Assembly: GCA_021790115.1 (NCBI GenBank)
Contig: JAJYIM010000002.1
Span: 14,804-78,803, forward strand
Source of the DNA: Actinomycetes bacterium
Lineage (GTDB): Bacteria > Actinomycetota > Thermoleophilia > BMS3ABIN01
Reading direction: 5' to 3'
DNA: 64,000 nucleotides
Position numbers and translations under genes: made by a program. Positions within the stretch are counted from its first letter, which is position 1. Each line of letters opens with the position of its first letter. Below are positions 9,720-19,262 of the stretch, piece after piece. The notes under the pieces are model-generated. The model was given only the letters and a program-made list of their open reading frames with translations. It was not told the origin of the DNA and made no database searches.

Positions 9720-10499
9720 TTACCCGGTCGGCGGAGCCGCCTGGTTTGCTATCAGCGCCGCCGTGGCGCCGGCGCCGACGCCATTGTCGATATTGACAAC
9801 GGCAAGCCCGGGACAGCAGCTTTGCAGCATGGCCAGCAAGGCGGTCACACCTCCGCCTCCCAGGCCGTAGCCAGACGAAGTGGGGAGGCCGATCACCGGC
9901 ACCGGCACCAGGCCGGCAACCACGGAAGGCAGCGCTCCTTCCATCCCTGCGGCCACCACCAATGCGGCTGCGCCTGCCTCCATCATCTCACTCAGCGGCC
10001 CGGCCAGCCGGTGCAGCCCGGCCACGCCCACGTCGTATGCCGTTACTGCCTGGCAACCCATTTCTGCCGCGACAATGCGCGCCTGCTCGCACGCCGGCAC
10101 ATCGGCTGTGCCGGCCGAGAGGACACCGATCTTGCCTCCGCCAGCCCGCGGCTTAAGCCCCTTTTTTGCCAGCACAATGGTTTTGGCCTCTGCGCTCTGG
10201 GCGGCGATCATCCCGGCGAACCGGGACTCAAGCGCGGCCTGCTGCTCCCCGCTTAGGGAAGCGACGATTGAGCGGCCGCCGGCTTCAACAAGCGTGCTGC
10301 AGATTTCAAGCAATTGCCCAACCGTTTTACCGGGAGCAAAGACAATCTCCGGCACCCCCTTGCGCTGAAGACGCCCGGTGTCGAGCCTGGCGAACTCGCC
10401 AACCGCCAAAATTCCTGCCAGCGGCAGCCGCGCCTGCGCTTCGTCAATGCTGATCTTGCCTTCGGCAAGCTGCCTCAGGATCTCACGCTGGGTTTCCAC
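9720..10499 (-). CDS. larB: LarB-like PurE-family carboxylase (nickel-pincer cofactor biosynthesis / AIR carboxylase-like)
   Basis: GVPEIVFAPGKT, IGVLSAGTADVP, and a Gly-rich PurE-like fold (VAAGMEGALPSVVAG). Confidence 0.7.
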   Translation of the reverse strand: METQREILRQLAEGKISIDEAQARLPLAGILAVGEFARLDTGRLQRKGVPEIVFAPGKTVGQLLEICSTLVEAGGRSIVASLSGEQQAALESRFAGMIAAQSAEAKTIVLAKKGLKPRAGGGKIGVLSAGTADVPACEQARIVAAEMGCQAVTAYDVGVAGLHRLAGPLSEMMEAGAAALVVAAGMEGALPSVVAGLVPVPVIGLPTSSGYGLGGGGVTALLAMLQSCCPGLAVVNIDNGVGAGATAALIANQAAPPTG

Positions 10500-11337
10500 T
10501 CTTTCCTTCCAAAATCCTGGCGGCGTTGCCGCCCATAATCGCGCCGGTTTCGGCTGCGCTTAAGCCGGCGGCTTCGATCTCGCGGCGGCACCTCAGCGGC
10601 GATAACAGCGGGAAGTCGCTGCCAAAAAGGATCTTCTCCGGCCCCAGGATAGAGACGGCCACCTTGAAGACCTTTGCGTCGTAAAGGAAAGGGCTGGCCG
10701 CTGAGTCGTAATAGGCTCCAGCAAGATCGCTGCGCACCTCGGGCATAAGCTCGTAGAACGGCAGGCCGCCGCCCCAGTGGGCAAACACAAGCTTCAGCCC
10801 GGGAAAGGTGCGGGCAAGCGCGTAACCCTTTTCAGGTGTGGTCCCGCTTTTGCCCTTGTAGCCATGCCCGACCGGCTCGCTTAAGTGAATTAGCATGGGC
10901 ACGCCGTGCTGCTCGGCAAGTTTGGCCAAGGGTCTCACGGCGCCGGTGTCGGCTAGGTCGAAACCCTGACTGTCTGGAACCAGCTCGCCGATGCCCTTTA
11001 ATCCCAGCCCCAGGCAGCGCTCGATCTCGGCTGCCGCCCCCGGAGACAGCGGCGGCGCGTTGGCGAAGCCGGCGATGCGGCCAGGCCAGCGCCCGGCAGC
11101 CTCGGCCAGGTACGAATTGCTCTTAACGCAAAGGTCAAGGCTGCGGAAGGGAAAGCCCAAGACTACCGCCCGGTCAACGCCCGAGCGGTCCATTTCTTCT
11201 ATTAATTCTTTCGCACTTGCCATGCGCGCTGCCGGATCGCGGTAAAGCTTGGCAAACCAGTCTTCTTCAGGCATAAGACGGGCGCGGTCGGCAATCATCT
11301 CCGGCGGAAAAATATGAGTATGGAAATCGATGATCAT
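10483..11337 (-). CDS. Amidohydrolase-2 family metal-dependent hydrolase/decarboxylase (TIM barrel)
   Basis: MIIDFHTHIFP N-terminus, HWGGG, FGSDFP. Overlaps the larB start by 17 nt. Confidence 0.7.
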   Translation of the reverse strand: MIIDFHTHIFPPEMIADRARLMPEEDWFAKLYRDPAARMASAKELIEEMDRSGVDRAVVLGFPFRSLDLCVKSNSYLAEAAGRWPGRIAGFANAPPLSPGAAAEIERCLGLGLKGIGELVPDSQGFDLADTGAVRPLAKLAEQHGVPMLIHLSEPVGHGYKGKSGTTPEKGYALARTFPGLKLVFAHWGGGLPFYELMPEVRSDLAGAYYDSAASPFLYDAKVFKVAVSILGPEKILFGSDFPLLSPLRCRREIEAAGLSAAETGAIMGGNAARILEGKSGNPA

Positions 11338-11473
11338 GTGGCCAGTATACTATTGGAGTTGGGAGAGCAAGAAAGGGGCGGTGGCGACGGCGACCCAACT
11401 GCTCTCAGCGCAGGGCGGCCCCGCCCGGTCCATGATTTTATCCAAAGTCTAACATCCAAAATTCAACGTCCGG

Positions 11474-12436
11474 TTATACCGGCGCCTTGAAATCCAGGCA
11501 CTCGCTGCCCTCGTAGATCTTGACTGCTTCATCAACCGGGTAATCGGCCAGAGTGATTGCCGAGATGGCGTCGCACATCCGCACCGCCTCCTCCAGGGGT
11601 TTTTGATGGATGTTTCTGCCGGTGGCGTTGCCGATGGCGCCGCTGATGTGAATCTGGTCGTGCAGCCGCTGCAGGAAGCTGCGCGCATCGGTGGACGAGC
11701 CGCCTGCCGCCACCACGTGCGTGCGCCCGGCCGCCACCACCGCTTCCTTGAAGATCTCGCTTGACTCCTGGCCTTCCGCCTTTGGATAGTTGACCTTGAC
11801 GAAGTCAGAGCCGAGCGTCAGGGCGACGCCGGTGGCGCCTGCGATCAGGTGCGGGTCTTTCTCGTCGGCCACGTTTTGGCCACGCGGGTAGATCCAGAGG
11901 ACGCTCAGCAGGCCGTGCCGGTGGGCGTCGTTGACAAGACGTGCTGCTTGTGACAGCATCTGCGGCTCGTAGGTGCTGCCCAGATAGATGGTGTAGCCGA
12001 CGGCCCTGATGTTGAGGCCCGATTCTTCCTTGAGCCTGGCCACCCGGTCGACGTCGAGCCACAGGTTGCTAAACGGGTCCATGGTGGCTGTTTTTACCAG
12101 ATTGGTCTTGGAATTGAGCTTGACAAGATAGTCGATCTCGCAGTAATCGTTGCCGTAGCGGGCAATCATACCGATCTGGGTCGCGTAGACGCCAATCGTT
12201 CCCTGGCGGGCGATCAGGAACATATGCTCCGGATCGGCGTCGTCTTCCGGTATCTGCCCCAGCTCGTACTTGCCAACGAAATCCTTGTTCAGGTGCTCCA
12301 CCTTCTGATCGCCGGCAAACAGCATCAGCCGGCCGGTGCCCTTGGTCATGGCGGTGAAATTCTCCACGTACTGCTCCCTCATTGCAGCAGGCACGTCGAG
12401 GGGTATTTGCACGTCCAGTCCGTCAACCATTCCCAA
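11474..12436 (-). CDS. Class I fructose-bisphosphate aldolase, DhnA/FbaB-type
   Basis: GDQKVEH..., LVKLN..., TIYLGS, and the YPRGQNV segment align in my reading with the E. coli FbaB/DhnA signature segments. Confidence 0.65.
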   Translation of the reverse strand: MGMVDGLDVQIPLDVPAAMREQYVENFTAMTKGTGRLMLFAGDQKVEHLNKDFVGKYELGQIPEDDADPEHMFLIARQGTIGVYATQIGMIARYGNDYCEIDYLVKLNSKTNLVKTATMDPFSNLWLDVDRVARLKEESGLNIRAVGYTIYLGSTYEPQMLSQAARLVNDAHRHGLLSVLWIYPRGQNVADEKDPHLIAGATGVALTLGSDFVKVNYPKAEGQESSEIFKEAVVAAGRTHVVAAGGSSTDARSFLQRLHDQIHISGAIGNATGRNIHQKPLEEAVRMCDAISAITLADYPVDEAVKIYEGSECLDFKAPV

Positions 12437-12619
12437 ACTCCTTTCACCAACTAAAGTTTAATGACAGGGAACAACCTGTTGAAACAGGCTTTAAGGATAT
12501 TTTATCCGGCGGCCAAAATCCAATATGCCCGCGCTTTTTGTATAATATGCGCGTTCACTTATGGCTAAACTTGCTGCCGCCACAGCCGCGGGCATGGCTG
12601 CGCGGTCAAGCGAAAGTCT

Positions 12620-13873
12620 TTGATATTGGAGTCAGTAACCGAAAAAGCAAGGGAAGCGCGCCGGGCCCTGCCCCAAGTGGCCGCACTGCCGGCCGAGGTC
12701 AAGAACGCGGCGCTTGTGGCCATGGCGGACGCCCTGGAGGAAGGGCTGCCCGAGATTGAGGAGGCCAACGCCAAAGACCTCGGCGCGGGAAAGGCCAAGG
12801 GGCTCACCAGCGCCATGCTGGACCGCCTGCTGCTGGACAGGCCGCGAGTCGTCCTGATGGCCAGCAACCTGCGCGACATCGCCGGCATGGCCGATCCGGT
12901 GGGAGAGGTAATTAAATCATGGACCGCGCCCAACGGCATGAAGGTGTCCCGGGTGCGAAGCCCGATCGGCGTCATTGCCATCATCTATGAAGCCCGGCCG
13001 AATGTGACTACCGAGACCGCGGCCTTAAGCATCAAGGCGGGAAACTGCATCATTCTGCGGGGCGGCTCGGAAGCGATCCATTCCAACCGCGTGCTGGCCG
13101 GGCTGATGGCCGGCGCCGGCGCTAGGAACGGCATGCCGCCGGGGGCCATCCAGTTTGTCGACACCACCGACCGGGCTGCGGTCGGCGAGTTGTTGGGATT
13201 GGCGGGCCTGATTGACCTCGTGATCGCCCGCGGCAGCCAGCGGCTGATCGAGGCGGTCACGGAGAAATCGAAGATACCGGTGATGAAGCACTACCGCGGC
13301 CTCTGCCACATTTACGTGGAGGCGGCCGCAAACCCGGGGATGGCCGTCAGGATTATCACCAACGCCAAGGCCAACCGGCCCAGCACCTGCAATTCGGTGG
13401 AGACCGTGCTGGTCGACGAAGCCGTTTCCGCCAAAGTGCTGCCGCCGCTGGCCGAGAGCCTGGCCGGCGCCGGTGTGGAGGTCCGCGCGGACGAGCGGGC
13501 CCGGCGGGTGATCCCGGCCTGGGCGGCCGCCACCGAGGCGGACTGGGATGCTGAGTACCTAGACCTGATCCTTTCGCTCAAGGTTGTGGCCGGCTTCGAT
13601 GAGGCTGTCGTCCACATCCGCAGGCACCATTCCGGTCTTGCCGACGCCATTGTCACCGAGGACAGCCGGGCGGCCGAGCGTTTTCTAGCCAGCATTGACA
13701 GCGCCGCCACCTACTGGAACGCTTCCACCCGCCTGACAGACGGCCTCCCCTTCGGCATCGGCCCTGCCAGCGGCATCAATACCGACCGGGTCTACCCCCG
13801 CGGCCCGATGGGGATCGAGGAGATGACCGGCTCCCGTTACGTTATCCGGGGCAGCGGCCAGATCAGGGAGTGA
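12620..13873 (+). CDS. proA: Gamma-glutamyl phosphate reductase ProA
   Basis: Aldehyde dehydrogenase fold with the ProA-specific N-terminus and a catalytic Cys region (NASTRLTDG). Confidence 0.9.
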   Translation: MILESVTEKAREARRALPQVAALPAEVKNAALVAMADALEEGLPEIEEANAKDLGAGKAKGLTSAMLDRLLLDRPRVVLMASNLRDIAGMADPVGEVIKSWTAPNGMKVSRVRSPIGVIAIIYEARPNVTTETAALSIKAGNCIILRGGSEAIHSNRVLAGLMAGAGARNGMPPGAIQFVDTTDRAAVGELLGLAGLIDLVIARGSQRLIEAVTEKSKIPVMKHYRGLCHIYVEAAANPGMAVRIITNAKANRPSTCNSVETVLVDEAVSAKVLPPLAESLAGAGVEVRADERARRVIPAWAAATEADWDAEYLDLILSLKVVAGFDEAVVHIRRHHSGLADAIVTEDSRAAERFLASIDSAATYWNASTRLTDGLPFGIGPASGINTDRVYPRGPMGIEEMTGSRYVIRGSGQIRE

Positions 13874-13895
13874 GGCAGGCTCCCAGAAGCCAGGC

Positions 13896-13960
13896 GCAGG
13901 CATCTCCGGATCGCCGCGCCGGGCGCGGCGATCCGGAGATGCCTGCGCCTGCAACTTTTT
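13896..13960 (+). terminator. Perfect 25-bp palindrome (GGCGCAGGCATCTCCGGATCGCCGC ... revcomp) followed by TGCAACTTTTTG
   Basis: Read directly. Sits 23 nt after the proA stop. Candidate intrinsic terminator with an unusually long stem. Confidence 0.5.
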
Positions 13961-14155
13961 GCTAAAATAAGCATGAGCTAATTAACCGGCTTTAATCACC
14001 GGACCGACCCCGCCACCATCTTCATCACGATCTTCTCCGGACCCCAGCCGGTAAAGATTACGGCGGCCGGGTCGATATCAAAGGTGGGAAAACCCCGGGG
14101 CGGGCGGAGGCCTTTCCCGTTCTTTCCACAGGGCAGACATGCAGACAAAATTAAC

Positions 14156-17100
14156 ATGAACTGGCTAAAAGGGTTCTTTGGCATTTTCACAAGCCGGCTG
14201 GGGCTGAAGTTCTTCCTGCCCCTGTTTATCATTGTTGCTGTCATGGTAATTCCCATCCTCTTGTACTTCCACTATGAAAGCAACGCCGACATTGCTGCCC
14301 AGTCCGCCCTTGTCAGCAGCGAAAAGGCAACCGCGAGCGTGGCGGCAATTGATAGCTCCGTCAGGCAGGAGATGCTGGACGTTCACGAGGTTCTATTGGG
14401 CTATTACCGGGGCGGGCCCGTCAACCGCCAGTTTGTCACGGATTTTAACGCGGCCGCCGCCGTTGCCAGAAGCAATCACCAGGTGGCGGCCCAATATGCT
14501 TCAAGCAAGAGCGAAAAAGACTCGCTTAGTGAATGTACGGCTCTTAACGGTCAGTTCAAAGCCATTTTCCTCAACCAGGTGTTGCCCCTAACCGGCAGGG
14601 CGGGAGCGAACCTGGCGCCCCTGGAAGGCGAGCTTGACGGCATCTACAACAGGATGCTGGCGGTTCATCAAAACCTGGCCGGCTCGTTCAGGGCCGACCG
14701 GGACGCAACGATCCAGTCCCAGAAAGCTGGCCGGAAATCCGTTGAGAGCTGGGGTTTTGTTGCTGCCATCGCCGGAGCCCTTTTAGGACTGATGGCGGCT
14801 GGCATGTTGGCAAAGCGGCTGCTGGTTCCCATCAAGAACATGGCGGCTGGAGCAAAAAAAATTTCCGAGGGCGATCTTAAACAGCGGGTGCAGGTGAAAG
14901 GCCGCGACGAGATGGCAAGGCTGGCGGATTCATTTAACTTTATGGCCCGGTCGCTGGAGCGGCAGATAATGAAGCTGGAGCAGGAAAAAACGCGCATCAG
15001 GGCTGTTCATCAGAGCATTAATGACGGCATCATCGTGGTGGACTCAACGGGCGTCATTATCTTCACCAACCCGGCCGCCGAGGCGGCGCTGGGCAGGATT
15101 GCCGCCGAGCTTGAGGAGAGCAGCGACACCGGCGTTCCAGGCATCAATGAAATCTTAACCAGCGAGGTAGACCCCGGCAGGATGGTAAAGTGCTGGGAAG
15201 TGAAGGCATGCACCCACCCGGAGTGCTCCTCTTATGGCAGCAGCGATTTAAGATGCTGGCTTCAGTGCAGCACGCATTGCCACAACCAGATTCAGGGAAC
15301 GTTTAAGCAGAAGCGGGACGCCTGCGAGCGCTGCGACGTATTCTATCTCAATGCCGTCCAGACTCTGGATGTAGACATTGAAGGCCGCCACTACAGCGTG
15401 GAGGCCGTCCCCATCCTCGACGACGAAGGCCAGGAGGACGGACGCACCGTCGTGCTGCATGATATGACAGAGTTGCTGGAGTCCAACAAGGAGATGAAAC
15501 AGCGAAGCATGGAGCTGGCCGCGCTCCACGAGATTAGTGAGGCTGCCTCCACCTCTCTGAAGCTTGATGAGGTGTTGGATGCTGCCCTGGAAAAGCTGCT
15601 TGCGGCCTTTGACAGCAGCGCTGCCGGGATTCACCTGCTAAGCCCCTCGGGCCGGGATCTGGAGTTGGTAGCCCACAGCAACATCTCCCCGGAGGTCCAG
15701 CAAGCGCTCAGGCTCCCGCCAAAAGGAAGCAGCATTGCCTGGCGGGTGGTGGAAAGCCGGGAGGAAGTGATTATTAACGACGTCAAGCAGGAAAAAAACA
15801 TGCTGCCGGTCATTGTGGCTGCCGGGTACCGGTCGGCCATGGGAGTGCCCCTGGTTGTCAATGAGAAGGTGATCGGCTGCCTGATTTTGGTGAGTTCCAA
15901 GCCGTCTTTCTATTCCGCGCGTGATGTGCGGCTGCTTAAGCTGGCCAGCACTGCCATTGGCGTAGCGGTGGAGAACTCCAATCTGTTCGATGACGTCTCG
16001 CGCGCCAAGTCCCAGTGGGAGGCTACCTTTGACAGCGTTTCTGAAGGAATCATCGTTGTCGACAGCGGCCACATCATCAAGCGGATGAACAAGGGGGCGG
16101 CGGCGATCCTGGGCGGCAGCATGAGCGACCTTGTCGGCCGCGAATGCCATGAAGTCATCCACGCCGCCCGCATCGTGCCTGCGGATTGCCCCATGTCCCG
16201 GGCGGTGCAAGGACTGGGGCCGATGCACTGCGAGGAAGAGACCGGCGACGGCCGCACTTTGGCGCTCACTGTTGATACGATGTTTGATGAGGCAGGCCAG
16301 GTAATTGGCGCCGTCCACTTCATCCGTGACATCACAGAGATAAAGCGCATGCGCCAGCAAATGCTGCAGTCGGAGAAAATGGTCGCCGTGGGCCAGTTGG
16401 TATCAGGAGTCGCCCATGAGATCAACAATCCGCTCACGGGCGTGATCGGCTATGCGCAGCTGTTGCTGTCCCAGGACCTGGGCGAGAAGGCCAGGGCGGA
16501 CGCCGAGGCCATTTACCGGGAGGCGGAGCGGGCCACCAAAATTGTCCGCCACCTGCTTTCTTTTGCGCGTCAGCACACCCCCGAACGGATGGTCATTGAC
16601 GTCAATGCCGTCTTGAAGGACTCCATCGAGCTGATGGCGTATGACATGCGCGTCAACAATATCAAGGTTGAAACCAGTTACGGCAATAAAGTTCCCGCCA
16701 CCGTGGCCGACCCGCACCAGCTGCAGCAGGTGTTTCTTAACCTGATCGCCAATGCCGAGCAGGCGATGCTGGCATGCCGCGGCTCCGGCGTGCTGAAAGT
16801 CTCCACCCGGAAGGCGGCCGGCATGATCCGGGTTGTCTTTGCCGATAACGGGCCGGGAATTCCGGAAGAGCTGCACGACCGCGTTTTCGAGCCGTTTTTC
16901 ACCACCAAGGATGTGGGCAAGGGAACGGGCCTGGGCCTGAGCATCTGTTACGGCATCTTGGAGGAGTTGGGCGGCGGCATCTGGGTCGAGTCAGGCGAAG
17001 GGCCGGGGGCGGCGCTGGTGGTGGAATTGCCGGTCGTCCCGGCGCCCGTGCAGGTTGAGGACGAGGTGCAGCCGGAAAAACCGGCGGCCCGGCTGGGCAA

Positions 17101-17467
17101 GGTGCTGCTGGTTGACGACGAGGCCGGCATCCGCGACGTCATGACTGAGACGCTGCGCAGCGCCGGGCACGAGGTGGACGCGGCCGGAAACGGCGAGGCG
17201 GCGCTAAAAATGCTGAAGAAAAAAGACTACGACTGCATTGTCAGCGACGTGAAGATGCCCGGCATGGATGGCCCCACCCTGTACCAGGAAGCCAAAAGGA
17301 TGGACCAGCGGCTGGGCGAGCGTTTTATCTTTATCTCCGGCGATTCCGTGGCTCCCAAGACAAGGACTTATTTATCCCGCGTCGGCAATCCCTGCCTGGC
17401 CAAGCCTTTTAACCCGGATGATCTGGAAGAGCAACTGCAAAAGATGCTCAGCCGCATCAAGCGCTAG
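14156..17467 (+). CDS. Hybrid sensor histidine kinase/response regulator (2 TM, HAMP, PAS, Cys-rich insert, GAF, PAS, HisKA, HATPase, REC)
   Basis: [17 protein letters not shown] (HisKA), [12 protein letters not shown] (HATPase), and a C-terminal REC ([12 protein letters not shown]...[14 protein letters not shown]). Likely start is ATG 14156 (MNWLKGFFG); the ORF track starts at 14084. Confidence 0.85.
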   Translation: MNWLKGFFGIFTSRLGLKFFLPLFIIVAVMVIPILLYFHYESNADIAAQSALVSSEKATASVAAIDSSVRQEMLDVHEVLLGYYRGGPVNRQFVTDFNAAAAVARSNHQVAAQYASSKSEKDSLSECTALNGQFKAIFLNQVLPLTGRAGANLAPLEGELDGIYNRMLAVHQNLAGSFRADRDATIQSQKAGRKSVESWGFVAAIAGALLGLMAAGMLAKRLLVPIKNMAAGAKKISEGDLKQRVQVKGRDEMARLADSFNFMARSLERQIMKLEQEKTRIRAVHQSINDGIIVVDSTGVIIFTNPAAEAALGRIAAELEESSDTGVPGINEILTSEVDPGRMVKCWEVKACTHPECSSYGSSDLRCWLQCSTHCHNQIQGTFKQKRDACERCDVFYLNAVQTLDVDIEGRHYSVEAVPILDDEGQEDGRTVVLHDMTELLESNKEMKQRSMELAALHEISEAASTSLKLDEVLDAALEKLLAAFDSSAAGIHLLSPSGRDLELVAHSNISPEVQQALRLPPKGSSIAWRVVESREEVIINDVKQEKNMLPVIVAAGYRSAMGVPLVVNEKVIGCLILVSSKPSFYSARDVRLLKLASTAIGVAVENSNLFDDVSRAKSQWEATFDSVSEGIIVVDSGHIIKRMNKGAAAILGGSMSDLVGRECHEVIHAARIVPADCPMSRAVQGLGPMHCEEETGDGRTLALTVDTMFDEAGQVIGAVHFIRDITEIKRMRQQMLQSEKMVAVGQLVSGVAHEINNPLTGVIGYAQLLLSQDLGEKARADAEAIYREAERATKIVRHLLSFARQHTPERMVIDVNAVLKDSIELMAYDMRVNNIKVETSYGNKVPATVADPHQLQQVFLNLIANAEQAMLACRGSGVLKVSTRKAAGMIRVVFADNGPGIPEELHDRVFEPFFTTKDVGKGTGLGLSICYGILEELGGGIWVESGEGPGAALVVELPVVPAPVQVEDEVQPEKPAARLGKVLLVDDEAGIRDVMTETLRSAGHEVDAAGNGEAALKMLKKKDYDCIVSDVKMPGMDGPTLYQEAKRMDQRLGERFIFISGDSVAPKTRTYLSRVGNPCLAKPFNPDDLEEQLQKMLSRIKR

Positions 17468-17497
17468 GCGTTTCCGGGCCCGCGCGGGCGCACACAT

Positions 17498-18559
17498 CTA
17501 GGGCACAACATCAATGCGGCCCGTATCATCCTCCGCTTCGATGACGCCAATGCGGGCGGCCGTGATTGCGCCCGCCTGCCTCAGCGCCTGCTCAAGTCTG
17601 TCTGCCTTACCCGGCGGGCATGAGATCAAAAGTCCGCCCGAGGTCTGGGCGTCGGCCAAAAGCAGCCTTTCCGCCTCTGTGATGCCGGCGTCGAAATTAA
17701 CGAAGCGGCGCGCGTATTCAAGGTTCTTCTTGCTGCCGCCCGGTGCGGCGTCCAGGTCAGCATCAATCAAGTCCCGGGCGGCCTGGATTACCGGCACCGC
17801 CCGGGCGTGAATACGGGCGCCCATGCCGCTGGCCCGCGTCATCGCGGCCAGGTGCCCCAGCAGGCCGTAGCCGGTGACGTCTGTGCAGGCGCTGATGCCC
17901 ACAGCCACCATTGCTTCCGCGACCTCCTTGTTTAAGGCGCTCATTACTTCTACCGCCCTGCGGATGGCGCCGCCGCCGGCGGTGCCACGTTTGATGCCCG
18001 TCGTGACAATGCCAATCCCCAGGGGCTTGGTTAAAAAAAGGACATCCCCTGCCGCGGCGGTTGAGTTGTGGACGACCTTGGCAGGATCGATGACGCCGGT
18101 GACAGCAAGGCCGTACTTGGGCTCGCGGTCATCCACCGTGTGGCCGCCGATGATGGCAACGCCTGCCTCGCGCGCCTTGTCGGCGCCGCCCTTCATTATC
18201 CGGGAGAGAATCTCCAGCGGCAGCTGCTTGGTATGAAAGCCGGCAATGTTGAGCGCAAACAGCGGCCTGGCGCCCATGGCGTAGATATCGCTGAGAGCGT
18301 TGGCCACGGCAATGGCTCCGTACTGGTAGGGGTCATCGACCACCGGCGTGAAATAATCGACGGTCTGGATGATTGCCAGATTATCGGAAATCTGGTAAAC
18401 AGCACAATCGTCACCGGTGTTGAAACCCACCAGCACGCGCGGGTCTGTAATTGGCGGCAGCTCTGTGAGAATGGCCTGCAGGTCCGACGGACTTATCTTG
18501 CAGGCTCAGCCGGCCCCATGCGCCAGGCGGGTGAGGCGGATCTCTTCATCTGCGTTCAT
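17498..18559 (-). CDS. selD: Selenide, water dikinase (selenophosphate synthetase) SelD, selenocysteine-containing. In-frame TGA (plus-strand tca 18506-18508) is read as Sec.
   Basis: The ORF track starts at MLVGFNTGDDCAVY, which is mid-SelD. Extending upstream gives MNADEEIRLTRLAHGAG-U-ACKISPSDLQAILTELPPITDPRVLVGFNTGDDC, which is the SelD G-x-G-(C/U)-x-x-K active-site motif. ATG at 18559. Confidence 0.8.
18474..18505 (-). ncRNA. Putative bacterial SECIS hairpin immediately 3' of the selD UGA (mRNA GCCUGCAAGAUAAGUCCGUCGGACCUGCAGGC)
   Basis: 7-bp stem GCCUGCA/UGCAGGC enclosing an inner GUCCG/CGGAC stem. Starts 1 nt after the UGA. Confidence 0.5.
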
Positions 18560-18616
18560 TGCGCTTTCTCCCTTAGAGTTTTATATCTAAAAGGCTCTTG
18601 ACCAGATTGCAAGATT

Positions 18617-19156
18617 TTATCCACGGTTCAGACAGGCGACCCGGCAGGAAAACTCGAGTGCCGAAGTGTAGGCCAGCGCTTCGGTGAGCGTCCGGCCCAC
18701 CGTGTAGCTGCCATGGCCACGCACGAGGGCCGCCACCCGCGTCTGCAATATCTGCGGCAGGCGGCCGGAAGCATCCTCCGGCTTGACGACGGAAATGTCG
18801 CGCAGGAAGACGGAGCCTTCCAGATCCAGTGGCGAGATAATATCATTTTTTAGCGATGCGGCAACGGCGTGGACGGGATGGGCGTGAATCACCGCCATCG
18901 CCGGCGTGAACCTGTAGATCAGCTGATGCAGTGGCGCGTCCCGGGAGGCGTCGCTGGCGATTCGGTCCGGCTCCTCCCGGAGGGGGATCTCAATCAAGTC
19001 TCCCGGCGACAGGCGGCCGAGCATGGCAAAGTGAGTTGTGGTCACGATGCGGCCCTGATGCCTGACACTGATATTGCCGCCATGGGAAGTTGTGAGTCCC
19101 TGGCCAACCAGGTCTTCTCCCACCTGGCGGAACTGGCTGAGAACGTTGTTCGCCAT
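18617..19156 (-). CDS. Class II aldolase/adducin-family protein (fuculose-phosphate aldolase / MtnB-like)
   Basis: TTSHGGNISVR, AVIHAHPVHAVAAS, GHGSYTVG motifs. Confidence 0.7.
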   Translation of the reverse strand: MANNVLSQFRQVGEDLVGQGLTTSHGGNISVRHQGRIVTTTHFAMLGRLSPGDLIEIPLREEPDRIASDASRDAPLHQLIYRFTPAMAVIHAHPVHAVAASLKNDIISPLDLEGSVFLRDISVVKPEDASGRLPQILQTRVAALVRGHGSYTVGRTLTEALAYTSALEFSCRVACLNRG

Positions 19157-19262
19157 CCGGCTGCCTCCGTGAGAGCTAACATAGCAGAAATTTCCTCAAT
19201 CCCCAACCATTCAAACTCCTGTGCCCGTGGGGCGCCCGCCGGCATGCCCTGTGAAACAGAAG

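Noticed and set aside
12437-12620. Riboswitch or attenuator upstream of proA
   Set aside because: Only a TATAAT box and a weak 5-bp hairpin were found. There is no recognisable riboswitch consensus.
15250-15290. CSTHCH in the sensor kinase as a CX3CH c-type heme-binding variant
   Set aside because: The segment is cytoplasmic (after TM2/HAMP/PAS), where c-type heme attachment does not occur. It is more parsimoniously part of a Cys-rich metal or Fe-S site.
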